A stretch of DNA of 63,963 nt, the filler included, from Octopus bimaculoides (taxonomy: Eukaryota): the NCBI RefSeq assembly GCF_001194135.2. It is 5 parts of 5 records of this genome, joined end to end, with 100 filler letters (N's around TTAATTAATTAA, not from the genome) between each part and the next. Parts side by side here need not be neighbours in the genome. Positions count along the whole stretch, not along the records: positions 22,214 to 32,125 come from NC_068988.1; positions 32,226 to 56,312 come from NC_068993.1; 3 more parts are not named here. One strand, 5' to 3'. The translations under genes and the position numbers were made by a program. Shown one piece after another: positions 25,126 to 39,487 of this stretch. The first letter of the stretch is position 1, and every line of letters begins with the position of its first letter. Below the pieces are notes generated by a model. The model had not been told where the DNA came from. It did not search any database and saw only the letters and a list, made by a program, of their open reading frames with translations.

Positions 25126-26001
25126 CATATATATACATGCATATATATACATGTACACACACACATAGATATACATTTAATGATAACTTTTTAACCTATG
25201 TAATATGTATTTTAACACATTTAGCAGAAACTGCAGATAAAAACCGACTTCACCGCCTTCTCAGCATGAGTGTCATGTTCCTCATCATTCTTGATATTAT
25301 TTTGATACGCGTTCGTGTCAGTGTTGGTACGCGCTGCTCAAAATTAGGATACGTATGCAATGTTGAGAAAGTGTTCGGGAGGTGTCAGAGAATAAATGAA
25401 AATATGTGCAAAGAAAAACCTTCACATGCAGTAATTTAAAATATTGTTTGTTAAATGATGCTTGTTAAGCACTGACGAAATAAAGAAAGCGAAGACTAAA
25501 ATAAGTTGTTACGTACTAATGAGCGGAGGATGATTAAAATATCACTCACACATACACATACACATACACAAACATACGCATTCACACACAAACACACACA
25601 CACACACACACACGGGCGCGCATATTTGTAATATGTGATATCGATTCAAAGAATCGCGTGACTACCATAGACATCTCAGTTTGCCGTCTCGGTCAGGAGT
25701 TTGCGTAGCAGTCCAATACGGAGAAGAGTAATGTGAAATATCCATGGGGCTGAAATCCAGGATCGGTAGATGAAATCATGTCTTGATAATTAGATATATC
25801 ATAAAATCAAGAGTTAGGAAAGATCAATATATTTTTTTAAACACTGCATGTTATTAGGATTACGTCCGTTTCGCAGCCATCTTCATGGTGTATTAACATT
25901 AATTATTCCTTGAATTAATAGATCTGAAACACATTAAGAGATATGAAAAAATATACTTTTATTTTTACTGACCAAAGTAGGGTGTATTTCCGTATCTTTG
26001 C

Positions 26002-26054
<53 letters not shown>

Positions 26055-26124
26055 TGTGTGTGTCTGTGTGTGTGTGTATGTGTTCATGTGTTTATGCGTC
26101 TCTATGTATGTATATGTGCGGGAT

Positions 26125-26237
26125 TTGTAGGAGCTAGAAAGTCGATTTCGGTCGAATTTTAACTTAGAATGTAAAGACGAGCAAGATCCCGCTAAACATT
26201 TTGTTCGGCATGCTAAATATTTTGCCAGCTCACCGCC
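26125..26237 (-). mobile_element. SINE family B, 5' part
   Basis: Similar to 1160-1230 and to the reverse complement of 49003-49100. Confidence 0.65.
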
Positions 26238-26771
26238 TTAGGTATATTGAAAATATTACCAACACACATGAAGTATGATGCATGATTGTTTCAATTGAAA
26301 GCGCTTATCAATTCGTCGGAAATACATCTGACATTTGCAAATGGTGTAAGCAGCTTGAATAAAAAAGATGGGCAAGATGAGAGTGTATACTAATGGATAG
26401 AAAAATACGATGAGTTGAGGTGAGCCATGTGAGGTGAACATCATAAGTGTGTTGGTCAAAGGTAAGAAACATGGCAAGGAAAAGACGAAAGGAAAAACAG
26501 ATTATAAAAGTAAATCAAAATGAAAGACAATTGAGAAGGCCGTTCTGTCGGTTTGAGTATCTACACTATAAATGACTGTTCGTAATTCATGTAGTGAAGA
26601 GGGATCAAAGGGACAAAACTTTATAAAGAGCGAATGATGCAGAAAATAACGTCTTGCTGCGTAGAAGAGGCAATATAGAGATGATATAGTAAAAGTGTGG
26701 ATATGTGTAGAAAGGCACCATTATAAAACAATTAAGATATAAAGAAAAACAAGACAGGTATGTAATTAAGG

Positions 26772-27070
26772 GTGGAGGCGCAATGCCCCAGTGGTTAGGG
26801 CAGCGGACTCGCGGTCATAGGATCGCGGTTTCAATTCCCAGACCGGTCGTCGTTAGTGATTATTGAGCGAAAACACCAAAAGCTCCACGAGGCTCCGGCA
26901 GGGGGTGGTGGCAACTCCTGTTGTACTCTTTCGCCCCAACTTTCTCTCACTTTTTCTTAAGTAACGCTGCGATGGACTGGCGTCCCGTCCAGCTGGTGGG
27001 AACACATATGCCATTGAAACCGGGAAACCGGGCCCATGAACCTGGCTAAGCTTTGAAAGGGTGAAAAAAA
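26772..27070 (+). mobile_element. Full-length tRNA-derived SINE with A tail and 12-bp TSD
   Basis: A box (TGCCCCAGTGG), B box (GGTTTCAATTCC), GCGATGGACTGGCGTCCCGTCCAG domain, A-rich end. TSD ATGTAATTAAGG at 26760-26771 and 27071-27082. Confidence 0.9.
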
Positions 27071-27618
27071 ATGTAATTAAGGATTATAAATCAAAACTGA
27101 ATAAAAATCAATTAAATATTTTAAAAGATGTAATGGAAGATTTCAAGGATCTCAGTCAAGCAAATAAATATTCGCAGCAAACGTGAAATAGATAAAATCA
27201 TAAGCAAGAATCCCAAATCAAAATTCAAACTTATAGATATCTAGGCCGATTGGAATATATGGCGGCAGAAAGTTATTGCATCACCCTGCATGCAAAGATG
27301 TTACTTATACTCAAGTAATATCTCTACAGCCCGCTGTACAGAGGTCCTGGTATAGCCTTTCAAATCGGATGAGATTATAGGAAATATTATATGCTTTGGG
27401 ATGCTGGATGTAATTTGGTATTGAAGTAGTGGATGTGCGCTCAATATTGTAGAAAAAATATGTGTTAATTAACGTCTCATTAGAAGACCTTATGTATATC
27501 TGATCGACTTTTGATGTTTCGTATAGATAGTGCATATATCACAAGCAATGTCTACTCAAAGAGAAATTATTTGGTATACTTCATTACGTTTATCTTGTAT
27601 TATTGTTTACAGATCCTT

Positions 27619-27635
27619 ATCATCATCATCATCAA

Positions 27636-27710
<75 letters not shown>

Positions 27711-27717
27711 TATCATC
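27619..27717. repeat. (CAT)n microsatellite
   Basis: Directly visible. Confidence 0.95.
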
Positions 27718-28038
27718 TATAACACCTCAAGAAAATAAGTAAACATTATACTACCGTTTCACGTGTGATGCTAGATATACTATAATTAGATATTTCGCTA
27801 ATCAAGTCAAGAAATTCTGATGTACGAGACGTAATTTCCACAACATTATTAACAGATATATACTCAAATTAAAGATAGAGCTGTATGGTTAATTTGGTCA
27901 CATATTTTTTAGAGAGAATTAATATAGAAATGATCACACATAATACCTTACCCCAGCCAAGTGAGATGTTTCCTAATGTTCTCTCGCAACGCAATTTTAT
28001 AGAAGCCATTTAGTATACTAGCCAATTTCTGATCGTTT

Positions 28039-28070
<32 letters not shown>

Positions 28071-28695
28071 NNNNNNNNNNNNNNNNNNNNNNNNNNNNNN
28101 NNNNNNNNNNNNNNNNNNNNNNNNNNNNNNNNNNNNNNNNNNNNNNNNNNNNNNNNNNNNNNNNNNNNNNNNNNNNNNNNNNNNNNNNNNNNNNNNNNNN
28201 NNNNNNNNNNNNNNNNNNNNNNNNNNNNNNNNNNNNNNNNNNNNNNNNNNNNNNNNNNNNNNNNNNNNNNNNNNNNNNNNNNNNNNNNNNNNNNNNNNNN
28301 NNNNNNNNNNNNNNNNNNNNNNNNNNNNNNNNNNNNNNNNNNNNNNNNNNNNNNNNNNNNNNNNNNNNNNNNNNNNNNNNNNNNNNNNNNNNNNNNNNNN
28401 NNNNNNNNNNNNNNNNNNNNNNNNNNNNNNNNNNNNNNNNNNNNNNNNNNNNNNNNNNNNNNNNNNNNNNNNNNNNNNNNNNNNNNNNNNNNNNNNNNNN
28501 NNNNNNNNNNNNNNNNNNNNNNNNNNNNNNNNNNNNNNNNNNNNNNNNNNNNNNNNNNNNNNNNNNNNNNNNNNNNNNNNNNNNNNNNNNNNNNNNNNNN
28601 NNNNNNNNNNNNNNNNNNNNNNNNNNNNNNNNNNNNNNNNNNNNNNNNNNNNNNNNNNNNNNNNNNNNNNNNNNNNNNNNNNNNNNNNNNNNNNN

Positions 28696-28743
<48 letters not shown>

Positions 28744-29463
28744 TTGTACCAGTACACAGCAAGATGCAGACATAAAAGTAAAAAAGAAATGCAGATAAGG
28801 AAGAAAGACACCTATAGATTAGACTGTTCAACAACTGATATCTTAATAAATGCGTGAAACATTTACTAGAATCAAAGAAAAGCTAGTATATATGATAGAC
28901 CCCTGGTTTCTATTTACAATGGGAATTGGTACAAATATTGAACGTACAACAAAAGATATATTTAGCTCAGCTGGGCATTAGAACAGTCAAATGTTACCAG
29001 ATATTGCTCTTTCAAAAATGCCAAATGATTGCGTAGCCAGCCATTTAGACATTGTTTGAAGTCGTTATATTCACCGTGTTACTGTAAAACAATCAGTTTC
29101 ATATAGTTACATACATGCAAACACACATGCATGTATATATAAAAATATATGGTTGTGTGTGCGTGTGTGCGTGTATGTATATGTATGGAAACATTCGCAT
29201 GCATGTGGCGATTTTTTCTTCCTCCGTTTTTCCCTTCTTCGAAAGTTCCTTGTTCCCGACGAAGAGCTCCGCTCGAAACATCATACTCTCTCTTTTTCCT
29301 TTCCCGAGCGTCTAGTAACACTATCTGTATCACGTACTCACGTTGTTGTTTTTTGTTATTGTTTTTGTCTTTTTCCATTTTTTTAACCTATATATATATA
29401 TATATAGTGAGAGAGAGAGACAGACAGACAGATAGAAAGATACATAGATACATAGATAGATAA

Positions 29464-29525
<62 letters not shown>

Positions 29526-29727
29526 CATAGCCAAACAAACATATGCGTGTATTTCTGGATCGAATATATACAAATGTATATATGTAAATATTCATACATA
29601 ACTACACACACACACTCACACACACACAAACACACACACACACACACACATACATACACACATACACACANNNNNNNNNNNNNNNNNNNNNNNNNNNNNN
29701 NNNNNNNNNNNNNNNNNNNNNNNNNNN

Positions 29728-29818
<91 letters not shown>

Positions 29819-30675
29819 TAGTGTGATGGTTGTGTGACAGGAAGTGCTGAAATATAGCAACCTACTAGTTCTATCCTCACCGCATCAAAGAAACTGACTC
29901 GGGCTTGATTAAACGGCTCGTTTGAACACATATGGAGATGGTTTCATATATATATTTACTACACACCTAAATAAGTCCTGACCCTGACCATTTATTGTTG
30001 GCTTGCTGACAACAATTTCTGTAAGGATTAAAATTTATTAAAAATTGTGTTTTTTAATATATTTACTCGGAATTTTGTAACGAAAATGCGAGTAAATCCA
30101 CTTCATGAACTGTCGAAATGAATCCCATGCATGTGCCTTCACAGTAAAACATAAGTCATATGTACTTTATATTTATTCTTCATAGATTCATTGATATTAC
30201 ACTATAATTTTGACCAGCATCGTCTAATAAATAACTAGCTGAGGCAAAGAAGACGGAAACTAGAGCCACAGAATTTAAGAATAAACAATAATAGTGACTC
30301 CAGGAAACATTCTCTAATTGAGGAACACTATTATTGAACACCTGAATGTGTAAGAATAACCTAGCGTTTGATTTGTATTTTGTAATTTAACAAATGCGTT
30401 CAGAAGAATCTCTGCGTGTGAGTGCGTGTGTGTGAATGTTATCTTCGAAGTAGGTATGAATTTGGGATCTTTTGCGTGAGCGTTGATATTTTCACACAGT
30501 TTTTCTTCATTTGATGGGTCCTAAAAGAGTTTTGCATCTTTAGATACAACTGTCTCTCTTTGCCCCTCTGTCTAATAATCTCCCACACACGCTCGTGTAC
30601 TCGAACGCGCATTCGCACCTTTCGAAATACAAACACATGCATTTGCACACATCATACACACCCACAAGGCGATAT

Positions 30676-30776
<101 letters not shown>

Positions 30777-31313
30777 NNNNNNNNNNNNNNNNNNNNNNNN
30801 NNNNNNNNNNNNNNNNNNNNNNNNNNNNNNNNNNNNNNNNNNNNNNNNNNNNNNNNNNNNNNNNNNNNNNNNNNNNNNNNNNNNNNNNNNNNNNNNNNNN
30901 NNNNNNNNNNNNNNNNNNNNNNNNNNNNNNNNNNNNNNNNNNNNNNNNNNNNNNNNNNNNNNNNNNNNNNNNNNNNNNNNNNNNNNNNNNNNNNNNNNNN
31001 NNNNNNNNNNNNNNNNNNNNNNNNNNNNNNNNNNNNNNNNNNNNNNNNNNNNNNNNNNNNNNNNNNNNNNNNNNNNNNNNNNNNNNNNNNNNNNNNNNNN
31101 NNNNNNNNNNNNNNNNNNNNNNNNNNNNNNNNNNNNNNNNNNNNNNNNNNNNNNNNNNNNNNNNNNNNNNNNNNNNNNNNNNNNNNNNNNNNNNNNNNNN
31201 NNNNNNNNNNNNNNNNNNNNNNNNNNNNNNNNNNNNNNNNNNNNNNNNNNNNNNNNNNNNNNNNNNNNNNNNNNNNNNNNNNNNNNNNNNNNNNNNNNNN
31301 NNNNNNNNNNNNN

Positions 31314-31345
<32 letters not shown>

Positions 31346-31997
31346 TGTATGTATGTATGTATGTATGTATGTACGCATGAATGTGTGTAGGTAAGAAATA
31401 TATGTGTATATAATTTTAATATATACACAATATATATGTATGTAGTTGCATGCTTATCGTGTCTGGTGTTTCGTGTCTTAAAGTACCTTTTCAATAGACG
31501 TTTAGTATGTCATTAGGAGGGCTGCATAATCGTCTAGTATTCATATCGTACGCTGCTAAGTATTATCAGATATCCAGCTGTTAATAAGATGAAACTCTAG
31601 GAATGTATCTTTTTTTTTCACACTATGAATCATGGAGACAAAACAGAATACACGGCGATCGATATTAAAGTGATGAAATGACTGCAGAACTTTCTCCTTC
31701 TCTAAACCCCCTTCAGGACAGAATGTATTTTAATATGAGTGAACGGGAGATACAATAAATATTCACTAACAAACTACTAAAAAAGGCACCCATATTACCT
31801 TCAGTTAGACAGTACCATATTGAAAGTTGGTCACCATCGATATTGTATACATAGAAATTAGAAAGTAATACATGAATCATTGAAAACCGTATATGAATCT
31901 TTGACAATGATGGTGAGCAATCAAGTCAGAGCGAGTGTGTGGAACCCAAGACATTGACCATTTTAGAACAGTCTCTCTCTCTCTCTCCCTCTCTCTC

Positions 31998-32039
<42 letters not shown>

Positions 32040-32253
32040 CAACACACAGAGACAAACACTCTCTCACACACACTCCCACACATTTTTACACACCACACAA
32101 ATATATATATATATATATATATATANNNNNNNNNNNNNNNNNNNNNNNNNNNNNNNNNNNNNNNNNNNNTTAATTAATTAANNNNNNNNNNNNNNNNNNN
32201 NNNNNNNNNNNNNNNNNNNNNNNNNATATATATATATATATATACACACACAT

Positions 32254-32631
32254 AGGCGAAGGAGTAGCTGTGTGGTAAGCAGCTTACTTCCTAATCACAT
32301 GGTTCCGCGTTCAGTCCCACTGCGCGGCACCTTAGGCAAGTGTCTTCTAGTATAGCTTCTGGCCGACTAAAACCTTGTGAGTGGATTTGGTAGACGGAAA
32401 CTGAAAGAAGCTCGTCGTATATATATGAATGTATGTACGTATGTATTTGTGTGTCTGTGCCCCCGCCACGACCACCGCCATCGCTTGACAACCGATGTTG
32501 GTGTGTCTACCCAACGTTTCGGCAAAAGCAGCCGATAGAATAAGTGGTAAGCTTACAAAGAATAAGTCCTGGGGGCGATTTGTTTGACTAAAGGCAGTCA
32601 AATGACTGAAACAAGTAAAAGAATAAAAGAA
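32254..32631 (+). mobile_element. SINE family A, near full length
   Basis: Colinear with 11100-11510, with small deletions. Confidence 0.9.
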
Positions 32632-33786
32632 TATATACATAGGTGTGTATGAGTGTATATATAAATAAGAAAATGAGATGACAAAGGAATAAATAAATAT
32701 CGTATTAACTTCATTAGCTTACAGCTGTTTCTGCTCTAAGATGCAGTGGACTTATAGCTGAGTACCTGAGTAACACATCACATGTCGACATAAGTGTGTG
32801 CCTGAGGGAATTATTTTCGTATAAGCTTTAATGAATCTAAGTTTACTAAAAATTTAGTTGTTTCAATGTATAAAATTTATGATAAAATACTACCATTGTC
32901 TTTTTTTCCACAAATCAGCACTCACTTGACATATTTTAGTAATTCTAAAGTTCAGTGAAGATTATACTGCCTACATGATACTTTAAATTTATATTTACTG
33001 TCTGAATTGCCATCGAATATTGCCCACAAAACATTACGATACATTCTCTTTGTCAGAATCTTGCCATTCATATAAGTAGCTCTAAACATTTGATTTGCTA
33101 ACTCTTCCGATGTCTTGAAGAAATCCTTTCAGTTGCATTAAATTTGAACCAGAGCAAAAATTTAATTCCAATGGCCGGTTTATTAGTTTGCATATGTCTC
33201 GCATTTTCTTTCGCTCAGGAGCAACTAGTCAAGTTATTCATATTTCCAACTTATTATAACAATATCGCAATATACATTCAGGGCACGTAAGTAACATAAA
33301 AACTATTCAAAAGCACACTTGTAGCAGTAAGTGCACATCTATATGGTCATGCTTCCAGTCAGAAATAATAGCTAGATTTACCTCAAAGGGTACCTTTCAT
33401 CATAAAAAAAGGAAGATACATAAGTTTCTATAGTTCGAAATACAACCATGAAAATGCAGGACAGATATGCCTGGATTACACCACTCAGACTAACAAAGCT
33501 TTTTATTCCAGCAGTTAGAAAACCTATAATTCCAATATTTTATACTATTTTATTTTGCAGCATTCTGTGGAAAAATCTTTTGTAACATTAGAATTGATAA
33601 TTTCAGAGAAAGACAGCGATTCAATCGATGTTCAAAATTGCTTTCGCATCCTGCAATATTAGTTTGAGTTCACTTCGCGGCAGCGTGTTTCAAGTCCGAT
33701 CCGAATACTAAGCACTTTATGAAATCTCTTCTCTACCATAGCATTCTGCTGTTGCAGACATCCGTTACAAACAGACTGAAAGACAC

Positions 33787-33787
<1 letters not shown>

Positions 33788-33880
<93 letters not shown>
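33788..33880. repeat. (GATA)n microsatellite
   Basis: Directly visible; similar arrays at about 29450-29525, 38716-38793 and 40840-40933. Confidence 0.95.
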
Positions 33881-34460
33881 TTTCTTAATCCAAACCTGTA
33901 ACACCATTGTGGTGCTATTGCTAATCAAAATTTATATAAAACATAAATGCGGTGAAGATGCTAATTTATACCAGGTAATCTTTTAAAGAAAATTCCTGAA
34001 ATGACTTACACCTTATTAGTCTATGATTAAATAGACGTCTGCAACAAACCATTTTTCTTTCTCATTTCTGTCATCCACACAAGCTTATCACACATTAATC
34101 AAACCTTATTTCAATATAAAGATATTTAAAAACATTCATCTGTTGGACAGCATGACACCTAGTCTCCCTCAACATGAAAACAAAACCGTATGAAAAGTTA
34201 AAGAACCAGCTTTACAGCACTACAACCTCTGGATTAATAAATAATTCACAACTAAAACATTCAAAGTTGCTACGAACGCTAATCGTCACAGTCTTTGACG
34301 GTCTCACAAAACGGTTTCCCCGTTGACTAAGCTGCAACACAGAGGTTAGTTTTTCATCACAATGAAAATATAATAATGAAATATAATCTCTGCTACATAC
34401 ATATTCTACATCATATGTAATGTAGAGTGTTTGTTTATGTAGCAGCAGTGTCAAACAACC

Positions 34461-34517
<57 letters not shown>

Positions 34518-34519
34518 AT

Positions 34520-34683
34520 ATACGATGGACTCCTTGACTTATTTCAGTTTCCGCCAACCAAATCCACTCAGAAGGCTTTAGTCGGCCCAAGGCTATATTA
34601 GAAGACACTTACCCAAGGTGCCACACAGTGTGACTGAACCCCGAACCATTTCATTGGGAAGCAAGCTTCTTACCAGAGAGCCA
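34520..34683 (-). mobile_element. SINE family A, 5' part
   Basis: Reverse complement of the family A head. Confidence 0.8.
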
Positions 34684-36172
34684 TTTCTTCCATTCTACAA
34701 ATGTTCCTGTTGTTTCTTCAAATGATGTAACATATACTTGGCTGCATTGTTCCTTTGTTTTGTTTTGTTTTGTTTTTGTTTTGTTTTCTGCTCAAAATGA
34801 AGAGATGGCATTTTGTTCGACTCTCTATTGAACTTACCAATTTAACGCCTTGACATCATCTAAAACAATAACACTGCTTGTGTCTCAGTAAACTTTTCTT
34901 AAAAGCTGTCAGTCTGTGATAATGCCGCCGATAAATAAATAGAGCAATAAATATAGTCGAAAGAGCAATATTTTAAAATGATATTTATTCGCCAATGCTT
35001 GCGTCCAATAATGAATCGATGTAGATTGGTAGTCTTCTTTTTTTTTTTTTTGCATCTCCAAACACAACAAAACTTACGGACTGAGACATACATCATTCAC
35101 TTGACTATAGTGTCTACACTAAACAACTAAACAGTATAAAACTTATTGCATCCACTTTTTTCTCCATAGTTTGAATATTTTCCACTAGATATCAAAAAGC
35201 AGTTCAAACCCAGAGATAAAAGAAGCAATATTTTAAAATGTATAACTATAAATAGAATTCAACAGAATTCTAGTCTAAACATTCGAAAACAAAACGGCTC
35301 GAATTTGGAGATAAGTTTTCTCATATCTAAATAATTGGGTTAAAGCATATGCTATCAATATAAGTGAGAGCTAACCTATAAGCCTCAAGTTTTTCACTGG
35401 AAGTAATTGTAAAACAGCTATAGGATTAAGGAGATTTGGAACAAGAAATCTTGTGGTGTTGAATGAAATTAACAAACAGTTATGTTTCTAAAATGCCTGT
35501 AGCATGTGCTATATCATAGCGAACAATGTAATCAAGGGATATGGAAGATAAAATTTTCGTTAAAACACTCGATTTTAAACTATAAAATATCTCAGGATTG
35601 TCAATATATTCAGGCTATGCAATAAAACTTTCAAATTCAAACTATACTTATTCGTATACGTTCAAAAATACAATTCGTTAACATTGTAAATTAGTCAGGA
35701 ATATATCTTTGACACAAATCTAGAATTAATCATACGTTTTATAGTTATAATCAACGCATTATACGTTTCCTGGGTATATTCAACCGTATTGTGATTCGAC
35801 GTAATCAACATGGAATCAATCATTCAAATGTGATTATAGACTAGACATCATGCATTAACTATTATCTTCTACGTGCTATTATTATTAATATAATGCATAG
35901 GAACTTAATTAATACAATATTTCGCTTGTTTGGAACATAAAATAGTGAAATATTGAACTCGCATACAATAACCAGTCTATTGCAGGAAGCAACTGCCTAG
36001 TGAGAAAAGATTAAAAAAAATTCGCTTGATCACAAAAGCAGAACGTTTTGATATTTCCTCAGACATCGGAATAATAGAAACATTGTCTAATGCTCGAAGA
36101 ATGTCCCACGTTTTTCTTCAGCATCTAAAACGATCAATCAATTTTCATTTTTCATTGCCATATTTGAAGATT

Positions 36173-36209
<37 letters not shown>

Positions 36210-36290
36210 TGAATAACAGCTTGAAAAAGTTTCGTATTGTGAAGCTGAATCAACTAAATGTTTGGAACTCTATAACGTTATATATATGTC

Positions 36291-36363
<73 letters not shown>

Positions 36364-36364
<1 letters not shown>

Positions 36365-37141
36365 TTTATATAAGGGCATTACTATACAAGAATGCCTCAC
36401 GCTAAGAGGGACTCTAAGGTCAAACTACCATAATAAACAGATTTTTACGGAACGCGAGGAAATGCAACTCGCAAAGCTAGCCCCTTAAAAACAGACTAAA
36501 TTATAGATCATGATTTCGTAGTTATTGTAGTATTATGCAACTTCTACTGGTCAGTATAATATGGTCACGACACATAGAACTAAACATAAAATCAACATTA
36601 GCTAGCTACTTGATAAATTCTCATAAAAGAATTCATCCTATTATTGAATTAAATGAATAACCAGAATATATTCAGTGCAGAATTTATTCTGAAAAAAAAA
36701 CACATGTACCGAGATGCAATTCGAAAAGCCGCCACTTACATAGATATATAGGGATAAACAATCTTCTATGTACTATACTGGATACACGAGGTGTTCGTTT
36801 GGTATGTTGATTTTCTGTTTATTTCTATGTCTTGACCATATTATACTGACGAGTAGAAGTTGCATAATACTGCAATAACTACGAAATCATGATCTATAAT
36901 TTAGTCTGTTTTTAAGGGACTAGCTTTGCGAGTTGCATTTCCTCGCGTTCGGTAAAAATGTGTCTATTATGGTAGTTTGACCTTAGAGTCCCTCTTAGCG
37001 TGAGGCATTCTTGTATAGTAATGCCCTTATATAAATAAATATATTTTGGGGAATAAATGATGGATTTTTCCCTTATGAGGATTTTTTCACGCTAGCTACT
37101 TAATAAATTCTTATAAAAGAATTCATCGTATTATTGAATTA
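36364..37141. mobile_element. HHR-bearing non-autonomous element (204-bp inverted arms plus partial 490-bp tandem)
   Basis: 36364-36567 and 36833-37036 are inverted copies (about 6 mismatches). 36601-36651 is directly repeated at 37091-37141 (3 mismatches). Both ends abut (TA)n. Confidence 0.85.
36833..36906 (+). ncRNA. Type I hammerhead ribozyme, intact core
   Basis: AUUAUA-CUGACGA-GUAG(aag UUGCA uaauac UGCAA uaa)CUAC-GAAAU-CAUG-AUC|UAUAAU. Perfect 6-bp stem I extended by GAC/GUC, 4+5-bp stem II, palindromic helix III (AUCAUGAU). Confidence 0.88.
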
Positions 37142-37971
37142 TATATACATATATATACATATATATATATNNNNNNNNNNNNNNNNNNNNNNNNNNNNNN
37201 NNNNNNNNNNNNNNNNNNNNNNNNNNNNNNNNNNNNNNNNNNNNNNNNNNNNNNNNNNNNNNNNNNNNNNNNNNNNNNNNNNNNNNNNNNNNNNNNNNNN
37301 NNNNNNNNNNNNNNNNNNNNNNNNNNNNNNNNNNNNNNNNNNNNNNNNNNNNNNNNNNNNNNNNNNNNNNNNNNNNNNNNNNNNNNNNNNNNNNNNNNNN
37401 NNNNNNNNNNNNNNNNNNNNNNNNNNNNNNNNNNNNNNNNNNNNNNNNNNNNNNNNNNNNNNNNNNNNNNNNNNNNNNNNNNNNNNNNNNNNNNNNNNNN
37501 NNNNNNNNNNNNNNNNNNNNNNNNNNNNNNNNNNNNNNNNNNNNNNNNNNNNNNNNNNNNNNNNNNNNNNNNNNNNNNNNNNNNNNNNNNNNNNNNNNNN
37601 NNNNNNNNNNNNNNNNNNNNNNNNNNNNNNNNNNNNNNNNNNNNNNNNNNNNNNNNNNNNNNNNNNNNNNNNNNNNNNNNNNNNNNNNNNNNNNNNNNNN
37701 NNNNNNNNNNNNNNNNNNNNNNNNNNNNNNNNNNNNNNNNNNNNNNNNNNNNNNNNNNNNNNNNNNNNNNNNNNNNNNNNNNNNNNNNNNNNNNNNNNNN
37801 NNNNNNNNNNNNNNNNNNNNNNNNNNNNNNNNNNNNNNNNNNNNNNNNNNNNNNNNNNNNNNNNNNNNNNNNNNNNNNNNNNNNNNNNNNNNNNNNNNNN
37901 NNNNNNNNNNNNNNNNNNNNNNNNNNNNNNNNNNNNNNNNNNNNNNNNNNNNNNNNNNNNNNNNNNNNNNN

Positions 37972-38039
<68 letters not shown>

Positions 38040-38691
38040 TAACATCCCAGTAATATACTGATGCTGTAAAGTACTTGATGAGGCAAAAAATCTCATTTTT
38101 TGAAGGAGTCAATTTAATTCATATTTACTATTTGGTAGGAGCGGTAGAATATTCGATGCCTGTTCAGACATTTCATATTTACTTTATGTTCTTATTCAGG
38201 CAGCGATAATATTAGCTGACATCTCTCCGAGTTGATAAAATCAGTATCAGTTATGTAGCGGTGCTAATTCACTCGCGTATACTATTGTCACCTTAATCTG
38301 TGTTCGTGTAGAAATCATTAGAAGAAATTATTATTAATCTAATTAATAGTTTCTATCTTTGCGACGATGTGCTTACGTAACTTTACTACATAATTGTGAG
38401 GTTTCCTCTCGGAATTCTACTGGAATATAATGAAAGACATGTACGATTCTTATGTATTTCTGACATCAGCTGACTATGACTGCTGTTCCATCATGTACGA
38501 TGTCAATTAAGACTAACAAGTGGGGTATTCCACACTTTTGGTGAACATGAACATCTATATATAAAAATCATTAGATACATCTTGAAACAGTTTCTTGGAA
38601 TATAAGGCAAGCAAATAATTATGCGCGCGCGTTTTAGTGTATTCGAGTAAGTGTGTGTGCATGTTTATTTATGGATATATGTACGAATACT

Positions 38692-38795
<104 letters not shown>

Positions 38796-39433
38796 CATAT
38801 ATATATACATATATATATATGTATATATGTATATATATATATATNNNNNNNNNNNNNNNNNNNNNNNNNNNNNNNNNNNNNNNNNNNNNNNNNNNNNNNN
38901 NNNNNNNNNNNNNNNNNNNNNNNNNNNNNNNNNNNNNNNNNNNNNNNNNNNNNNNNNNNNNNNNNNNNNNNNNNNNNNNNNNNNNNNNNNNNNNNNNNNN
39001 NNNNNNNNNNNNNNNNNNNNNNNNNNNNNNNNNNNNNNNNNNNNNNNNNNNNNNNNNNNNNNNNNNNNNNNNNNNNNNNNNNNNNNNNNNNNNNNNNNNN
39101 NNNNNNNNNNNNNNNNNNNNNNNNNNNNNNNNNNNNNNNNNNNNNNNNNNNNNNNNNNNNNNNNNNNNNNNNNNNNNNNNNNNNNNNNNNNNNNNNNNNN
39201 NNNNNNNNNNNNNNNNNNNNNNNNNNNNNNNNNNNNNNNNNNNNNNNNNNNNNNNNNNNNNNNNNNNNNNNNNNNNNNNNNNNNNNNNNNNNNNNNNNNN
39301 NNNNNNNNNNNNNNNNNNNNNNNNNNNNNNNNNNNNNNNNNNNNNNNNNNNNNNNNNNNNNNNNNNNNNNNNNNNNNNNNNNNNNNNNNNNNNNNNNNNN
39401 NNNNNNNNNNNNNNNNNNNNNNNNNNNNNNNNN

Positions 39434-39487
<54 letters not shown>

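Noticed and set aside
26772-26845. tRNA gene
   Set aside because: The tRNA-like head continues into a SINE body with a tail and TSD; no acceptor stem.
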